From assembly GCA_031459385.1 (NCBI GenBank), contig JAVKIP010000001.1, positions 256,001-320,000 on the forward strand: 64,000 bases of DNA, given 5' to 3'. The translations under genes and the position numbers were made by a program. This stretch comes from Candidatus Fervidifonticultor secundus. GTDB taxonomy: Bacteria; Sysuimicrobiota; Sysuimicrobiia; Sysuimicrobiales; Humicultoraceae. A model generated the notes under the pieces. That model did no database searches, was not told where the DNA came from, and was given only the letters and a program-made list of their open reading frames with translations. This document shows positions 20,742 through 30,953 of this stretch, one piece after another; position 1 is the first letter of the stretch; each line of letters opens with the position of its first letter.

Positions 20742-22208
20742 CTAGATGGCGATGAAGACGTTCTTCACCTCGGTGTACAGGTCCAGCGCGTGCATGCCCA
20801 GCTCGCGGCCGAACCCGCTCATCTTGAACCCGCCGAACGGCGCCTCCTGGTGCACGCTGTGGTTGGTGTTGATGCTGAGCACGCCGCTGCGGATCGCCTG
20901 TGCCATCCGCAGAGCCCGGCCCACGTCCCGCGTCCACACCGAGCCCGACAGGCCATAGGGCGAGTCGTTCACCATGCGCAGCGCGTCGGCCTCGTCGTCG
21001 AAGGGGATCAGGCAGGCCACCGGCCCGAAGATCTCCTCGCGGGCGACGCGCATCTCGTTGCGAGCCGCTACCAGCACCGTGGGCAGGAGGAACGCGCCCG
21101 CCGCCAGGCGCGGGTCGTCCGGCGGGGTGCCGCCGTAGGCCACGACGGCGCCTTCTTGGCGTCCCAGCTCGACGTAGCGCAGCACGTGGTCGCGCTGGGC
21201 CAGGGAGACCAGCGGCCCCATCTCGGTGGCCGCATCCAGCGGGTCGCCCACCCGCAGACGGCGCGCGCCGTCCACGAACAGCGCGGCGAAGCGGTCGTAG
21301 ACCGTCCGCTGCACGAAGACGCGGCTGCGGGCGCAGCAGTCCTGCCCGGCGTTGCCGTAGACCGCCAGCACCCCGGCCTGGGCGGCCCGCTCCAGGTCAG
21401 CGTCGGCGAAGATCACGTTGGGCGACTTGCCGCCGAGTTCCAGCGACACCCGGGTCATCGTCTCGGCAGCCAGCTTCATGATCTGGATGCCGGTGGTGGT
21501 CTCGCCGGTGAACGCCACCTTGCCCACCAGGGGGTGCGTGACGATGGCCGCGCCAACCGACGCCCCGGGACCCGTGACCACGTTGAGCACGCCCGGCGGC
21601 ACCCCGGCTTCCAGCGCCAGCGTTCCCAGCCGCAGCGCCGTCAGCGGCGTGTACGAGGCCGGCTTCAGGATCACGGCGTTGCCGGTGGCCAGCGCGGGCG
21701 CCACCTTCCACGAGGTGATGAGGAACGGGAAGTTCCAGGGGACGATGAGGCCCACGACACCGATGGGCTGACGCAGCGTGAAGTCCAGGCCGCGGTCGGC
21801 GACCGGGATCGTCTCGCCGAAGTGTTTGTTGGCGGCCCCCGCGTAGTACTCGAAGCAACCGGCCGCCGCCTCGACCTCGCCGCGCGCGTCGGCCAGCGTC
21901 TTGCCGCCCTGGCGCACCTCAAGGGTCGCCAGGTCCTCGGCGTGGCGGCGGATCGCTTCGGCCAGACGCGTCAGCACGCGGCCCCGCTCGGTCGCGCTCA
22001 GGCCGGCCCAGCGGCCGTCCTCGAACGCCTGCCAGGCGGCGCGCGCGGCGCGGTCCACGTCCTCGGGACCGGCCTGGGGCACCTCGGCGACGGCCGTGCC
22101 GGTGGCGGGGTCGGTGACCTCGAACGTCTTGTCGCCCAGCGCGTCCGTGGCCTCGCCCCCGATCAACATGGAGATCCGCATCCGCTGGACGCGCTGCTGT
22201 GTGCTCAT
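20742..22208 (-). CDS. Aldehyde dehydrogenase
   Basis: [31 protein letters not shown]. Confidence 0.92.
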   Translation of the reverse strand: MSTQQRVQRMRISMLIGGEATDALGDKTFEVTDPATGTAVAEVPQAGPEDVDRAARAAWQAFEDGRWAGLSATERGRVLTRLAEAIRRHAEDLATLEVRQGGKTLADARGEVEAAAGCFEYYAGAANKHFGETIPVADRGLDFTLRQPIGVVGLIVPWNFPFLITSWKVAPALATGNAVILKPASYTPLTALRLGTLALEAGVPPGVLNVVTGPGASVGAAIVTHPLVGKVAFTGETTTGIQIMKLAAETMTRVSLELGGKSPNVIFADADLERAAQAGVLAVYGNAGQDCCARSRVFVQRTVYDRFAALFVDGARRLRVGDPLDAATEMGPLVSLAQRDHVLRYVELGRQEGAVVAYGGTPPDDPRLAAGAFLLPTVLVAARNEMRVAREEIFGPVACLIPFDDEADALRMVNDSPYGLSGSVWTRDVGRALRMAQAIRSGVLSINTNHSVHQEAPFGGFKMSGFGRELGMHALDLYTEVKNVFIAI

Positions 22209-22427
22209 CGGCTCGCCTCCCCCGGGGTCTGGCGAGAACTTCCTCCCCCGGCGCGCCGCACCCTGCGTCGCCCGGTGGCGGCAACCGGAGGCCTGGGGGG
22301 GCGCGAGGGGCTACCGGGTGCTGCCCGACCGTCGTGCTGCCGCGCGAAAGACGGTACAATAACACCCACGATCTGCGGCGCCGTACCGGGCACCCACGGC
22401 GGCTCGGTCGGATGCGAGGAGGCTTGG

Positions 22428-23294
22428 ATGCCACTGCGCTTCTGCATCATCAACGGCTATCCCGCGAAGAACCGCGAGGTGCTGCTCCAGGCGGGGCACT
22501 GCAGCGCCGACGAGATGTACGTCCGGGCGTTTCGGACGCTTGCGCCCGAGGCCCGGTGCGAAGTGCTCTACCTCGCCGATCTGGACGTGCCGGTCCCCGA
22601 CGACGATTGGATCGCGGGCTACGACGCCTTCCTGTGGACCGGCTCGAACCTGACGATCTACGACGACGATCCGCGCGTGCAGCGCCAGATCGCGTTCTGC
22701 CGGCGGATCTTCCAGGTCGGCCGGCCCCAGTGGGGCAGTTGCTGGGGCGTGCAGATGGCGGCGGTGGCCGCGGGCGGCGAGGTGTCGAAGAACCCGCGCG
22801 GCCGCGAGATGGCCTTCGCCAGGAAGATCCGCCTGACGCCCGAGGGGCGCGCCCACCCCATGTACCAGGGGAAGCCCGACGTCTTCGATGGGTTCATCTC
22901 GCACCTCGACGAGGTCACGCGCATCCCCGAGGGCGGCACGCTGCTGGCCACCAACGACCATACGCAGGTGCAGGCGCTGGAGGTCCGGTGGGGCCGCGGC
23001 GTCTTCTGGGCCACGCAGTACCACCCCGAGTACGACTTGGTGCAGATGACCCGCCTGCTCGTGGCGCGGGGGGAGCACTTGATCCAGGAGGGCTTCTTCG
23101 CCGACCGCGCAGCCCTCGAGCACCGGGTGGCGCGCATGGAGGCCCTGGCCCGCGATCCGTCGCGCAAGGACCTGCGCTGGGACCTGGCGATCGACGACGA
23201 TCTGCTCGACGAGCGGATTCGCTGGGCGGAGCTGCGGAACTGGCTGCAGGTGCTGGTGTTGCCGGCCGCCGGCCAGCGGGTGGAGCGCGTCTAG
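22428..23294 (+). CDS. Class I glutamine amidotransferase-like protein
   Basis: GSCWGVQ nucleophile Cys and QYHPE His-Glu; GGAGG RBS. Confidence 0.88.
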   Translation: MPLRFCIINGYPAKNREVLLQAGHCSADEMYVRAFRTLAPEARCEVLYLADLDVPVPDDDWIAGYDAFLWTGSNLTIYDDDPRVQRQIAFCRRIFQVGRPQWGSCWGVQMAAVAAGGEVSKNPRGREMAFARKIRLTPEGRAHPMYQGKPDVFDGFISHLDEVTRIPEGGTLLATNDHTQVQALEVRWGRGVFWATQYHPEYDLVQMTRLLVARGEHLIQEGFFADRAALEHRVARMEALARDPSRKDLRWDLAIDDDLLDERIRWAELRNWLQVLVLPAAGQRVERV

Positions 23295-23329
23295 GCCGGC
23301 CCTGGGGCATCGTCACCTCCTGCTGGCCG

Positions 23330-24655
23330 TCAGCCCCCGCCCGTTTCCTCGCCCGTCGCAGGCGCCGCGGCGGGGGAGGTACCGGCGGCACGCCGCGGGC
23401 GTGCAGGCGCCAGGGCCACCAGTCCCACCAGCGGGCCCGCCGCCAGCAGCGCGAACGCCCATCCCCACCGGGCCGCAGCCGGCAGCCCGAGTCGCGTGCC
23501 CGCGTCGAGCGTCAGGCCCACGGCAGCAGGGGAGGCTGCGGTGGCCGCCCATCCCAGCAGCATCTGGACCGCGAACGCGCCACCGAGCGAGCGCGCAGGG
23601 ACGACCTCCATCAGCGCTGCCGGATACGACGGTGAGTCGGCCAGGCTCACCGTACCGTAGAGGAGCGCGACACCCGCGGTGAGCGCCACCGGCGCCGCGA
23701 CGAGCCACCCGAAGCAAAGCGAGCAGACCAGGCTCACCGCCAGCATGACCCTGGCCGCCGGCATGCGTCCCAGCCGGTCGGAGAGCCGGCCTCCTGCGAC
23801 CGCGCCGAGCGCGCCGCCGGCGCCGATCGCCGCTGCGGCCATCAGCCCGCCCCATGCCAGCACGGCGCGGTCGGCCTCGCCGCGGGCCTGGAGCGAGGCG
23901 ACCATGAACGGCGCGAGCCACGTCCACAGGCCGAACAGCTCCCAGTTGTGGCCGGTGTACGCCAGGATCACCCTGCGGGCCGGAGCGTTGCCGAGCACGT
24001 CGCGGGCGTAGCGCGACAGGGCCGCGGGCCCCGGCGGCGCCGGGAGCGGTACGGCCGGTACCTGCCACGCCATGACCAGCGCGCCCAGCACCTCGAGCAC
24101 GCCCACGGCCGCCATGGTGGCCCGCCAGCCGATGCGCGGGACCAGCACGCCGGCGTAGACCAGTGGCAGGGCATAGGCCGCGACGATCGTGGCGATGAAG
24201 ATGCCGGTGGCGCTTCCGCGCGAGGCACGGGGCACGGTGTCGGCGATCTGCTTGAGGGCGGGCAGGTAGAGCCCGCCGACCAGCACCCCGACCAGCATCC
24301 GCAGGGCCAGTCCCGAAGGGAAGTCGCGCGCGGCTGCGGCGAAGGCCAGGTCGCCGATCCCCACGAGCGCGGCCGAGGCTGCCATGATGGGCTTGCTCTG
24401 CACGCGGTCGAGCAGGAAGCCGATGGTCACGTACGCCGCCAGCGTGCCCAGCTGGAAGCCGCCCAGGATCACGCCGGCCTGCGCGGCCGAGAGGCCCCAC
24501 GCCGTGCCCAGCACCGGAATCAGCGCCGAGAACACCAGCCCGGTCTGGTGGCCGAGGAACTGGCCGACGCAGAGGGCGACGAAGCCGCGCACCCACATCC
24601 GGCTCCCGGCACCGGGCGCGGACACCGGCGCGTCACGCATCGGACGCCGGTTCAC
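23330..24655 (-). CDS. MFS transporter
   Basis: About 12 TM helices, GRLSDRLGR motif A; GTGA overlap with the kinase stop. Confidence 0.88.
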   Translation of the reverse strand: MNRRPMRDAPVSAPGAGSRMWVRGFVALCVGQFLGHQTGLVFSALIPVLGTAWGLSAAQAGVILGGFQLGTLAAYVTIGFLLDRVQSKPIMAASAALVGIGDLAFAAAARDFPSGLALRMLVGVLVGGLYLPALKQIADTVPRASRGSATGIFIATIVAAYALPLVYAGVLVPRIGWRATMAAVGVLEVLGALVMAWQVPAVPLPAPPGPAALSRYARDVLGNAPARRVILAYTGHNWELFGLWTWLAPFMVASLQARGEADRAVLAWGGLMAAAAIGAGGALGAVAGGRLSDRLGRMPAARVMLAVSLVCSLCFGWLVAAPVALTAGVALLYGTVSLADSPSYPAALMEVVPARSLGGAFAVQMLLGWAATAASPAAVGLTLDAGTRLGLPAAARWGWAFALLAAGPLVGLVALAPARPRRAAGTSPAAAPATGEETGGG

Positions 24656-25560
24656 GCATCGCGCGCGAGGGCCAGCCAGGCCGGGAGCCGGGGATCGTCC
24701 AGCGCCCGGCGGTATCGGGCGAAGTGCGCATCGGCGCGGGCGGCGAAGTCGGGCGCGCTGGTGGCCAGGGCCTGCGCGGCCAGGTACCAGGTGGCATCCC
24801 GCATCTCTGCCAGGAGCCGCATGAGCTTGAGGCGGGCCATCCTAGCGGGCGTCACCCCGCCGAAGTAGGCGGTCAGCAGCGCGGCGTCGTCGGCGTCGCC
24901 GGGCGCATGGTAGATGGCGAAGGTGGCTAGGTCAAAGTACGGGTCGCCCAGGCCCGCGTACTCCCAGTCCACGATCCAGACCCGCGCGCCATCGTCGACG
25001 AGGTTGGCACCCCACAGGTCGTTGTGGCAGGGGACCAGCCGGGGCTCCGACTCCAGGACGGCTGCCACCTCGGCGAGGCGGGCGGTCAGGACCGGCAGAT
25101 CGCCGGGGGTCGGCACGCCCCGCGCACGCGCAGCGTCCAGGTAGGCCTCGGTCGTGCGCAGCGGAGAGAACCTCCCGGGGACGGGCGGCGGGCTCTCGTG
25201 GTAGCAGCGGACGGCTGCCACGACGCGCCGGACGACTGCCGGCGCCGCGGGCTCGCCGGGCGCCAGCGTCCGGCCGGGCACGAAGCGCGTGACCATGAGG
25301 CCGGCCTCGGGCGCGACGTGCACGACCTCGGGCGCCGCGCCGGCGCGGCTCGCGGCCAGCGCGCAGGCACGTTCCCGCTGGCGGTCGATCCCGAGCACCT
25401 CGGCCGCCGGCGCGAGCAGGCGCACCACGAAGGCCTCGCCGTCCACGTCCACGCGGTAGGTGCGGTTGGTGAGGCCGCCGGCGAGCGGTGCGATGCGCAC
25501 CGCGCGGGCCGTCCGCCACGCGGGAATCCGGGTGATGGCCTGCGCGATCTCGTCGCACAC
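24652..25560 (-). CDS. Choline/ethanolamine kinase family phosphotransferase
   Basis: GGLTN, GIDRQRE, CHNDL..AN Brenner motif, IVDWEYAG. Confidence 0.88.
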   Translation of the reverse strand: MCDEIAQAITRIPAWRTARAVRIAPLAGGLTNRTYRVDVDGEAFVVRLLAPAAEVLGIDRQRERACALAASRAGAAPEVVHVAPEAGLMVTRFVPGRTLAPGEPAAPAVVRRVVAAVRCYHESPPPVPGRFSPLRTTEAYLDAARARGVPTPGDLPVLTARLAEVAAVLESEPRLVPCHNDLWGANLVDDGARVWIVDWEYAGLGDPYFDLATFAIYHAPGDADDAALLTAYFGGVTPARMARLKLMRLLAEMRDATWYLAAQALATSAPDFAARADAHFARYRRALDDPRLPAWLALARDA

Positions 25561-25570
25561 GGCCGCGTTT

Positions 25571-25849
25571 TCACTCCCGCGCGCTCGCCCGGAACGCGTC
25601 GAACTGCGCCTCCAGTTCCGCCGCCACCGCCGCCGCCACGGCCTCGGGCTCCCCCTCCCGCTCCAGCTCCGGACCCACGTGCCAGCCCTGCAGGTAGGCG
25701 TCGGTGCCGGTCAGGCCCTGGCGCATCGCGGCCGCGTCGATGAGTCCCTGGAACCGCGGGTCGAGGGGGCGTCGCACCCGCACCGTCGCGTCGAACGCCT
25801 CGACCTGCGCCGGGATCGTCTGCCAGTAGGTGATGCGGTAGCGGGCCAT
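25571..25849 (-). CDS. Small 'Virulence factor' family protein (PF13769-like)
   Basis: YWQTIPAQV...RFQGLIDAAAM..GL.GTDAYLQGW pattern. Confidence 0.75.
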   Translation of the reverse strand: MARYRITYWQTIPAQVEAFDATVRVRRPLDPRFQGLIDAAAMRQGLTGTDAYLQGWHVGPELEREGEPEAVAAAVAAELEAQFDAFRASARE

Positions 25850-25856
25850 CGCGCCC

Positions 25857-26528
25857 TCAGCCCTGGCCCGCGGCCCGCATCTGCTCCACGAAGCGGATGG
25901 CCAGGGTGACGCCGGCCTGCGCGGTCTCGCCGTAGCCGTCGGCGGCGATCCTGCGCGCGAACGCCTCGGTCACCGGCCCGCCGCCCACCAGGATCGTGTG
26001 CCGCTCGCGGATGCCGCGGGCCTCGAAGAACTCGATGACCTCACGCATCGACGGCATCGTGGTGGTCATCAGCGCCGAGAGCCCCACGATCTGCGCGCCG
26101 GTCTCCTCCGCCTTCTCGACGAACTTCCCCGGGTGCACGTTCACGCCCAGGTTGTGGACCTCGAACCCGGCTACTTTCAGGAGCGTCCCGAACAGGTCCT
26201 TGCCGATCGAGTGCACGTCGCCCTTGACCGTACCGATCACCGCCACGCCGCGCTTCTGGTAGCCGGCGCCCTGGGCCAGGATCGCCGGTTCGAGCACCTT
26301 CATCGCCTCCAGGAAGACCTTGGCGGCCATCATGAGCTCCGGCAGGAAGATCTCCATGGCCTGGAACTTCTCGCCGATGACGGCGATCCCGGGCGAGAGA
26401 CCCTCGTCGATCAGCCGCAGCGGCGGCAGGCCCCGCTCCAGGCCCTGCCGGACCAGCGCGACGCCGCGGTCGGCGTCGTAGTCGAGCACCGCCTGCTTCA
26501 GGCCCTCCAGGAGGGCAGCCTCGTCCAT
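25857..26528 (-). CDS. Methyltransferase corrinoid protein (MtmC/MttC-like)
   Basis: Cap motif IFLPELM, DVHSIGK (DxHxxG), SALMTTT, VGGGP. Confidence 0.93.
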   Translation of the reverse strand: MDEAALLEGLKQAVLDYDADRGVALVRQGLERGLPPLRLIDEGLSPGIAVIGEKFQAMEIFLPELMMAAKVFLEAMKVLEPAILAQGAGYQKRGVAVIGTVKGDVHSIGKDLFGTLLKVAGFEVHNLGVNVHPGKFVEKAEETGAQIVGLSALMTTTMPSMREVIEFFEARGIRERHTILVGGGPVTEAFARRIAADGYGETAQAGVTLAIRFVEQMRAAGQG

Positions 26529-26585
26529 TCATGAACCTCCCCACGCGCCGCCGCCGCACGGCCCGCGCCGTGCGGCTCCGTGCGG

Positions 26586-27959
26586 CTAGCGCAGCGGCAG
26601 CCCCAGCCGGCGCAGGTCCTCCTTGGCCCGGGCGTAGATCTCGTAGTGCCAGGGTGCCGGCTCCAGCGTGTCCACATCGTAGCAGTCCTGGAACCGGTGG
26701 CCCTCCGGCGCGCCTTCCAGGTGCGGTTCGTAGCGGGCGAGTAGCGCCTGCACGATCTCGTTGCCCTGCTCGCGGGTCATGCCCGCGGCCGCGTGGGCCA
26801 CCTCGCACGCGAAGCGCATCTCCAGCGGGCTGTAGTTGTCCATCAGGATGCCCTTGGCCGGATGGACCGTCTCGATGTTGGCGCCCGAGACGACGTCGGC
26901 GATGATGCGGGCCGCGGTCTCGTCGTAGAGTTGTGGCGTGGCGGTCCCGGCCGCGGCGTAGCCCAGGTCGAAGTAGGGGAAGGCCATGTTGCGGCTGACG
27001 GCCTGGCAGCCCAGCGCGACGCTGGTCAGCACCTCGCGGGCCGTGGAGTTGGACTGGGTGATGTGCAGAGAGTAGAGCAGGTGGTAGGTGGCGCCTACCA
27101 GCAGGGGCCCGGCCATGATGTACGCCGCGTTGAGCACCGCCGAGCCAATGACCCCGCCGGCGAACCCACCGTAGATGGCGCCGGCCGCGAACCCCACGTT
27201 GCCCCCGAACGAGAGCACGGCGGCGGTCTTGTTGAGGACGTTGTAGTCTAGCTTCAGCTCCGACAGCGACACGATCAGCCAGCCGTCGCTGGGGCGCAGG
27301 CCGTACTCGCGGTTCGTCACGGCCAGCACGCCCATGGGCGACGCGGAGGTGGACAGCAGGTTGATGATGGGCAACCCCGGCCGCCCCGCACGGCGCATCG
27401 ACTCGCGCCCCAGCCGCACCGACTGGATGGCGGCGAAGATCTCCGAGGGGGCGCCGGCCTGGACCGGCATGCCGCGGATGCGGGTCAGCGCCGGGATGCT
27501 CATGGAGTCGGCCTGCGGGATGCGCGCGTAGCCTTCCACTACGGCCGAGGCGATCTCGTCGGAGGAGACCGGGATTCCGCCACCCACGTGGCACCACGGT
27601 CGCCGCGGGTCCTCGGGCCGGCGCGGCCGCATGGCCCCCCGGTCTTTCCCCTCGCCCAGCACGCACTCCCGCGGCGCGTGGTGGATCGCGTCGTCGAGTT
27701 CCTCCCGGGTGAACGTGATGACCCGGTTCGTGTCGGGGCAGTAGCAGCCTGTGTCCACCAGGAACTCCCTGGCGGCGTGGAAGATGCGGTCGGCCAGGTC
27801 GTCGTCCCACGGCACGACCACGTCCTTCGGCGGGGCCTTCAGCCCGTACCGGGCGACGGCCTTCGCCAGGTTCGGCACGAACCGCTGCATGTCGAACTCC
27901 TCCGGTGCGACGATCGGGCCGGTCGTCGCCCGCCGGCAGATCTCCAGGAAGGGCACCAT
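26586..27959 (-). CDS. mtmB: Monomethylamine:corrinoid methyltransferase (MtmB) family protein without pyrrolysine
   Basis: 457 aa, collinear with Methanosarcina MtmB as recalled (DDDLADRIF, YCPDTNRVI, AGRPG, ELKLD, GGFAGG, AKG, FQDCYDV); no in-frame TAG. Confidence 0.88.
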   Translation of the reverse strand: MVPFLEICRRATTGPIVAPEEFDMQRFVPNLAKAVARYGLKAPPKDVVVPWDDDLADRIFHAAREFLVDTGCYCPDTNRVITFTREELDDAIHHAPRECVLGEGKDRGAMRPRRPEDPRRPWCHVGGGIPVSSDEIASAVVEGYARIPQADSMSIPALTRIRGMPVQAGAPSEIFAAIQSVRLGRESMRRAGRPGLPIINLLSTSASPMGVLAVTNREYGLRPSDGWLIVSLSELKLDYNVLNKTAAVLSFGGNVGFAAGAIYGGFAGGVIGSAVLNAAYIMAGPLLVGATYHLLYSLHITQSNSTAREVLTSVALGCQAVSRNMAFPYFDLGYAAAGTATPQLYDETAARIIADVVSGANIETVHPAKGILMDNYSPLEMRFACEVAHAAAGMTREQGNEIVQALLARYEPHLEGAPEGHRFQDCYDVDTLEPAPWHYEIYARAKEDLRRLGLPLR

Positions 27960-27992
27960 GCGTCTCCTCCTCGGCCCCGTGGGCAGCACCCG

Positions 27993-28907
27993 CTAGCGAC
28001 GGGCGCGCACGACCGCGGCGATGCGCCGGATGTGCTCGGGCGTGCTGCCGCAGCAGGCGCCCACGATGCGCGCGCCGGCCGCGACGATCGCCGGGTAGCC
28101 GGCGGCCATCGCGTCCGGGGCCAGGTCGTAAACCGTGCGGTCGTCGACGATCTTCGGCATGCCGGCGTTGGGATAAGCGACCAGCGGTCGGTCGGTGGCC
28201 GTGCGCATCCCGGCGATGATGACCGCAGCGCGCGCCGGGCCGCCCTCGCCGCAGTTGCAGCCGACGATGTCGGCGCCTGCCTCCGCCAGCACGCGCGCGG
28301 CCTCCGCCGGCGTCGAGCCCCAGAGGGTGCGGTCCATCTGCCGGGCCGCATTGTACTGGAAGAACATGGTGGCCATTACCGGCAGGCCCGTGGTCTCCTT
28401 GGCGGCCCGGATGGCGGCGACCGCCTCGTCGGGTACCATCATCGTCTCTACCGCGAGCAGGTCCACGCCCCCGTCGGCCAGCGCCATGGCCTGCTCGGCG
28501 AAGCTGGCGCGCATCTCGTCGACGGAGACGTCGCCCATCGCCGCCAGGGTGTCGGGCAGGTGCCCGGTGGGCCCCATGGAGCCCGCAACATACCTGCCCG
28601 GCGGACAGGCCGCACGCGCCAGCCTGGCCCCCAGGTAGTTCAGGTCGCGCACCCGCGCCTCGAGGCCGTAGGGCGCCAGTTTGAGCCGCGTGCCGCCGAA
28701 GGTGTTGGTCTCGACGATGTCCGCCCCGGCGGCGAGGTAGGCGCGGTGGATGCCCTCCACGACGTCGGCGCGGGTCTCGTTCCATAGCTCCGGGCAGGCG
28801 CCCTGCGTCAGGCCCGCCTCGAAGAGCATGGTGCCCATGGCGCCGTCGAGGATCAGGACCTCCGACGTCAGGCGTTCCAGCAGTTCCCGTCCGCGCGCGT
28901 CCCCCAT
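27993..28907 (-). CDS. Stand-alone homocysteine S-methyltransferase (MetH Hcy-binding module)
   Basis: ILDGAMGT, ETNTFG, GSMGPTG, GCNC, YPNAG.P, GACCG Zn ligands. Confidence 0.92.
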   Translation of the reverse strand: MGDARGRELLERLTSEVLILDGAMGTMLFEAGLTQGACPELWNETRADVVEGIHRAYLAAGADIVETNTFGGTRLKLAPYGLEARVRDLNYLGARLARAACPPGRYVAGSMGPTGHLPDTLAAMGDVSVDEMRASFAEQAMALADGGVDLLAVETMMVPDEAVAAIRAAKETTGLPVMATMFFQYNAARQMDRTLWGSTPAEAARVLAEAGADIVGCNCGEGGPARAAVIIAGMRTATDRPLVAYPNAGMPKIVDDRTVYDLAPDAMAAGYPAIVAAGARIVGACCGSTPEHIRRIAAVVRARR

Positions 28908-29038
28908 CGCTGTGTCCCTCTGGCTTGCGCGCCCGTGCGTCCACCGAGCCCACGTCTCGTACGTGGTGCCCGCGCATCCGCCCCGCCAAGACGCGCCCGG
29001 CCCGATCCGCTGGGCGTCCGGCGCGGCCCACCCTTTCG

Positions 29039-30907
29039 CTACCGAAACTGCAGCGCCTCCAGGAACACGTCCTGGAACTCCGGGTGCGTGGCGAGCGGCA
29101 CGTGCCGGATCCGGCCCGCCAGCGCCTCCGCCCGACGCCGCTCGGTCTCGGAGACCAGCGCCAGCTGCGCGCCCAGCCCGGCCGCGTTGCCCACGTAGTG
29201 TACGCGCTCCTGGGGCAGGCGCGGGATGAGTCCGATGCGCGCAGCGCTGTCGACGTTCAGGTAGTTCCCGAACCCGCCGGCCAGCAGCAGTTCCGCCAGC
29301 GCGCCGTCCGGCACGTCTGCCAGCCGCTGGAGCATGGCGATGCCGCTGCGGATCGCGCCCTTCGCGAGCTGCACCTGACGGATATCCGCCTGCGTCAGCA
29401 CCACGGCCTGGCCGGTGGCGGTCTCCGCCGCCGGCGCCACGAGGAAGGCGGGCAGGCCGTCGGGCAGGACGATCACCCGACGGCGCAGCGCGTCCGACAC
29501 GCCGGGCGGTGGCGAAGGATGGAGACGCCCGGAGGGGTCCACGATGCCTGCGTCCAGCAGCCCCGCGAGCAGGTCCAGCATACCCGAGCCGCACAGGCCG
29601 GCGGGCGCCACGTCGCCGATGACGTGATAGCGCACGTCGCGCCCGACATGCACCCGGTCCACGGCGCCGCGGGCCGCGCGCATGCCGCACCGCAGCTGCG
29701 CGCCTTCCAGCGCGGGGCCGGCGGGTGCCGAGCAGGCGACGAGCTCGCCGGCGCTGCCCAGTACCATCTCGCCGTTGGTCCCGATGTCCACCGCCAGGCG
29801 GGGCGGGCCGTCCGCGTCCAGCCGCGTGGCCAGGGCCATAGCCGTGGCGTCGGCCCCGACGAAGCCGGCCACGATCGGCAGCAGGAAGACCGGGGTTGCC
29901 GCGGGCAGCCGCAGGCCGACTTCGTGGGCGCTGAGGCGCAGCCCGCGGCGGACCCCCGGTGCGTAGGGTGCCTGCCCGACGTACGTGGGGTCCAGGCCCA
30001 GGAAGAGGTGGTGCATGACCGTGTTGCCGACCACGACGACTTTGTAGATGCGCTCGCGCGCGACCGCGGCCTGCCGGCACGCGTCGTCGATCTGGGCGTT
30101 CAGGTGCTGCAGCAACCGCACGTGCAGGCGCCGCACGTTGGCGGGGTGCTCCTGCGCGAACGCGATGCGCGACATCAGGTCGCCGCCGTAGGCGGCCTGG
30201 GGATTCAGCCCCGAGACCGTCGCCGCCACCGCGCCGCTTTGGAGGTCCACCAGGTAGCCGACGACGGTGGTGGTGCCGATGTCGAACGCCAGCCCGAACG
30301 CCTCTGCGCGCGTGTCACCGGGCTCCACGGCCAGCAGCAGGTTGCCGAAGAGAGCCACCGTAACTCCCGCCGGGCCGGCCCGCAGGAGCGACGGCAGCCG
30401 GCGCAGGGCGTCGAGGGCCACCTCCGTCCCCTCGGGCCGCGCGACGCCCAGCGGCCGCAGGAGCTCCTCCAGGTCAGAGGTGGAGCGCGTCTCGTCGGCC
30501 GGTGGAGCCGGGGCCACGAACGTCTTGACGAGCCCCGAGTCGAGGACGATCTCGTGCGCCGCCGGCAGCGTCGCCGTGGCGGCCAGGATCTGGAACGAAG
30601 CTTCCTCGAAGACCGGCGCCACCAGCGCGGTGAGATCGGTCCACGCCTCGGCCTGACAGGCCAGCCGGTAGCGGTCGCGCACCGCGTCGTCGCCGAGCTG
30701 CACGCGCTCGGCCAGCGAGGCCGGTGGCGGGGTGCCCGCGGTGATCTGCACGCGGCAGCTGCGGCAGCGGCCGCGCGCACCGCAGGTGGCCACGATCTCC
30801 ACCCCTGCCCGCTGCGCGGCGCGCAGCAGCGTCGTGCCCGCCTGGACGGCGACCGTCTGCCGTCCGGGCGCGAAGGTGATCGTCACCGGCTGGGTCACGG
30901 GCGGCAC
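29039..30907 (-). CDS. ATP-dependent reductive activator of corrinoid proteins (RACo/ASKHA) with N-terminal 2Fe-2S domain
   Basis: CGARGRCRSC...RLACQ, DIGTTT, GFVGAD, DIGTNGE, AGPALEG, GLCGSG, LAGGFG, GNAA. Confidence 0.92.
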   Translation of the reverse strand: MPPVTQPVTITFAPGRQTVAVQAGTTLLRAAQRAGVEIVATCGARGRCRSCRVQITAGTPPPASLAERVQLGDDAVRDRYRLACQAEAWTDLTALVAPVFEEASFQILAATATLPAAHEIVLDSGLVKTFVAPAPPADETRSTSDLEELLRPLGVARPEGTEVALDALRRLPSLLRAGPAGVTVALFGNLLLAVEPGDTRAEAFGLAFDIGTTTVVGYLVDLQSGAVAATVSGLNPQAAYGGDLMSRIAFAQEHPANVRRLHVRLLQHLNAQIDDACRQAAVARERIYKVVVVGNTVMHHLFLGLDPTYVGQAPYAPGVRRGLRLSAHEVGLRLPAATPVFLLPIVAGFVGADATAMALATRLDADGPPRLAVDIGTNGEMVLGSAGELVACSAPAGPALEGAQLRCGMRAARGAVDRVHVGRDVRYHVIGDVAPAGLCGSGMLDLLAGLLDAGIVDPSGRLHPSPPPGVSDALRRRVIVLPDGLPAFLVAPAAETATGQAVVLTQADIRQVQLAKGAIRSGIAMLQRLADVPDGALAELLLAGGFGNYLNVDSAARIGLIPRLPQERVHYVGNAAGLGAQLALVSETERRRAEALAGRIRHVPLATHPEFQDVFLEALQFR

Positions 30908-30953
30908 GCGGGAGCAGTGCGCATCAGGTCTGCGACCTGGCCGCAGGGCAGCC

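Noticed and set aside
25571..25849. Virulence role for the 'Virulence factor' family protein
   Set aside because: The name is a family label only; the context is a methyltransferase operon.
26586..27959. Pyrrolysine (amber) recoding in mtmB
   Set aside because: No in-frame TAG, no pyl genes or tRNA-Pyl in the window, and TAG serves as an ordinary stop in many genes here.
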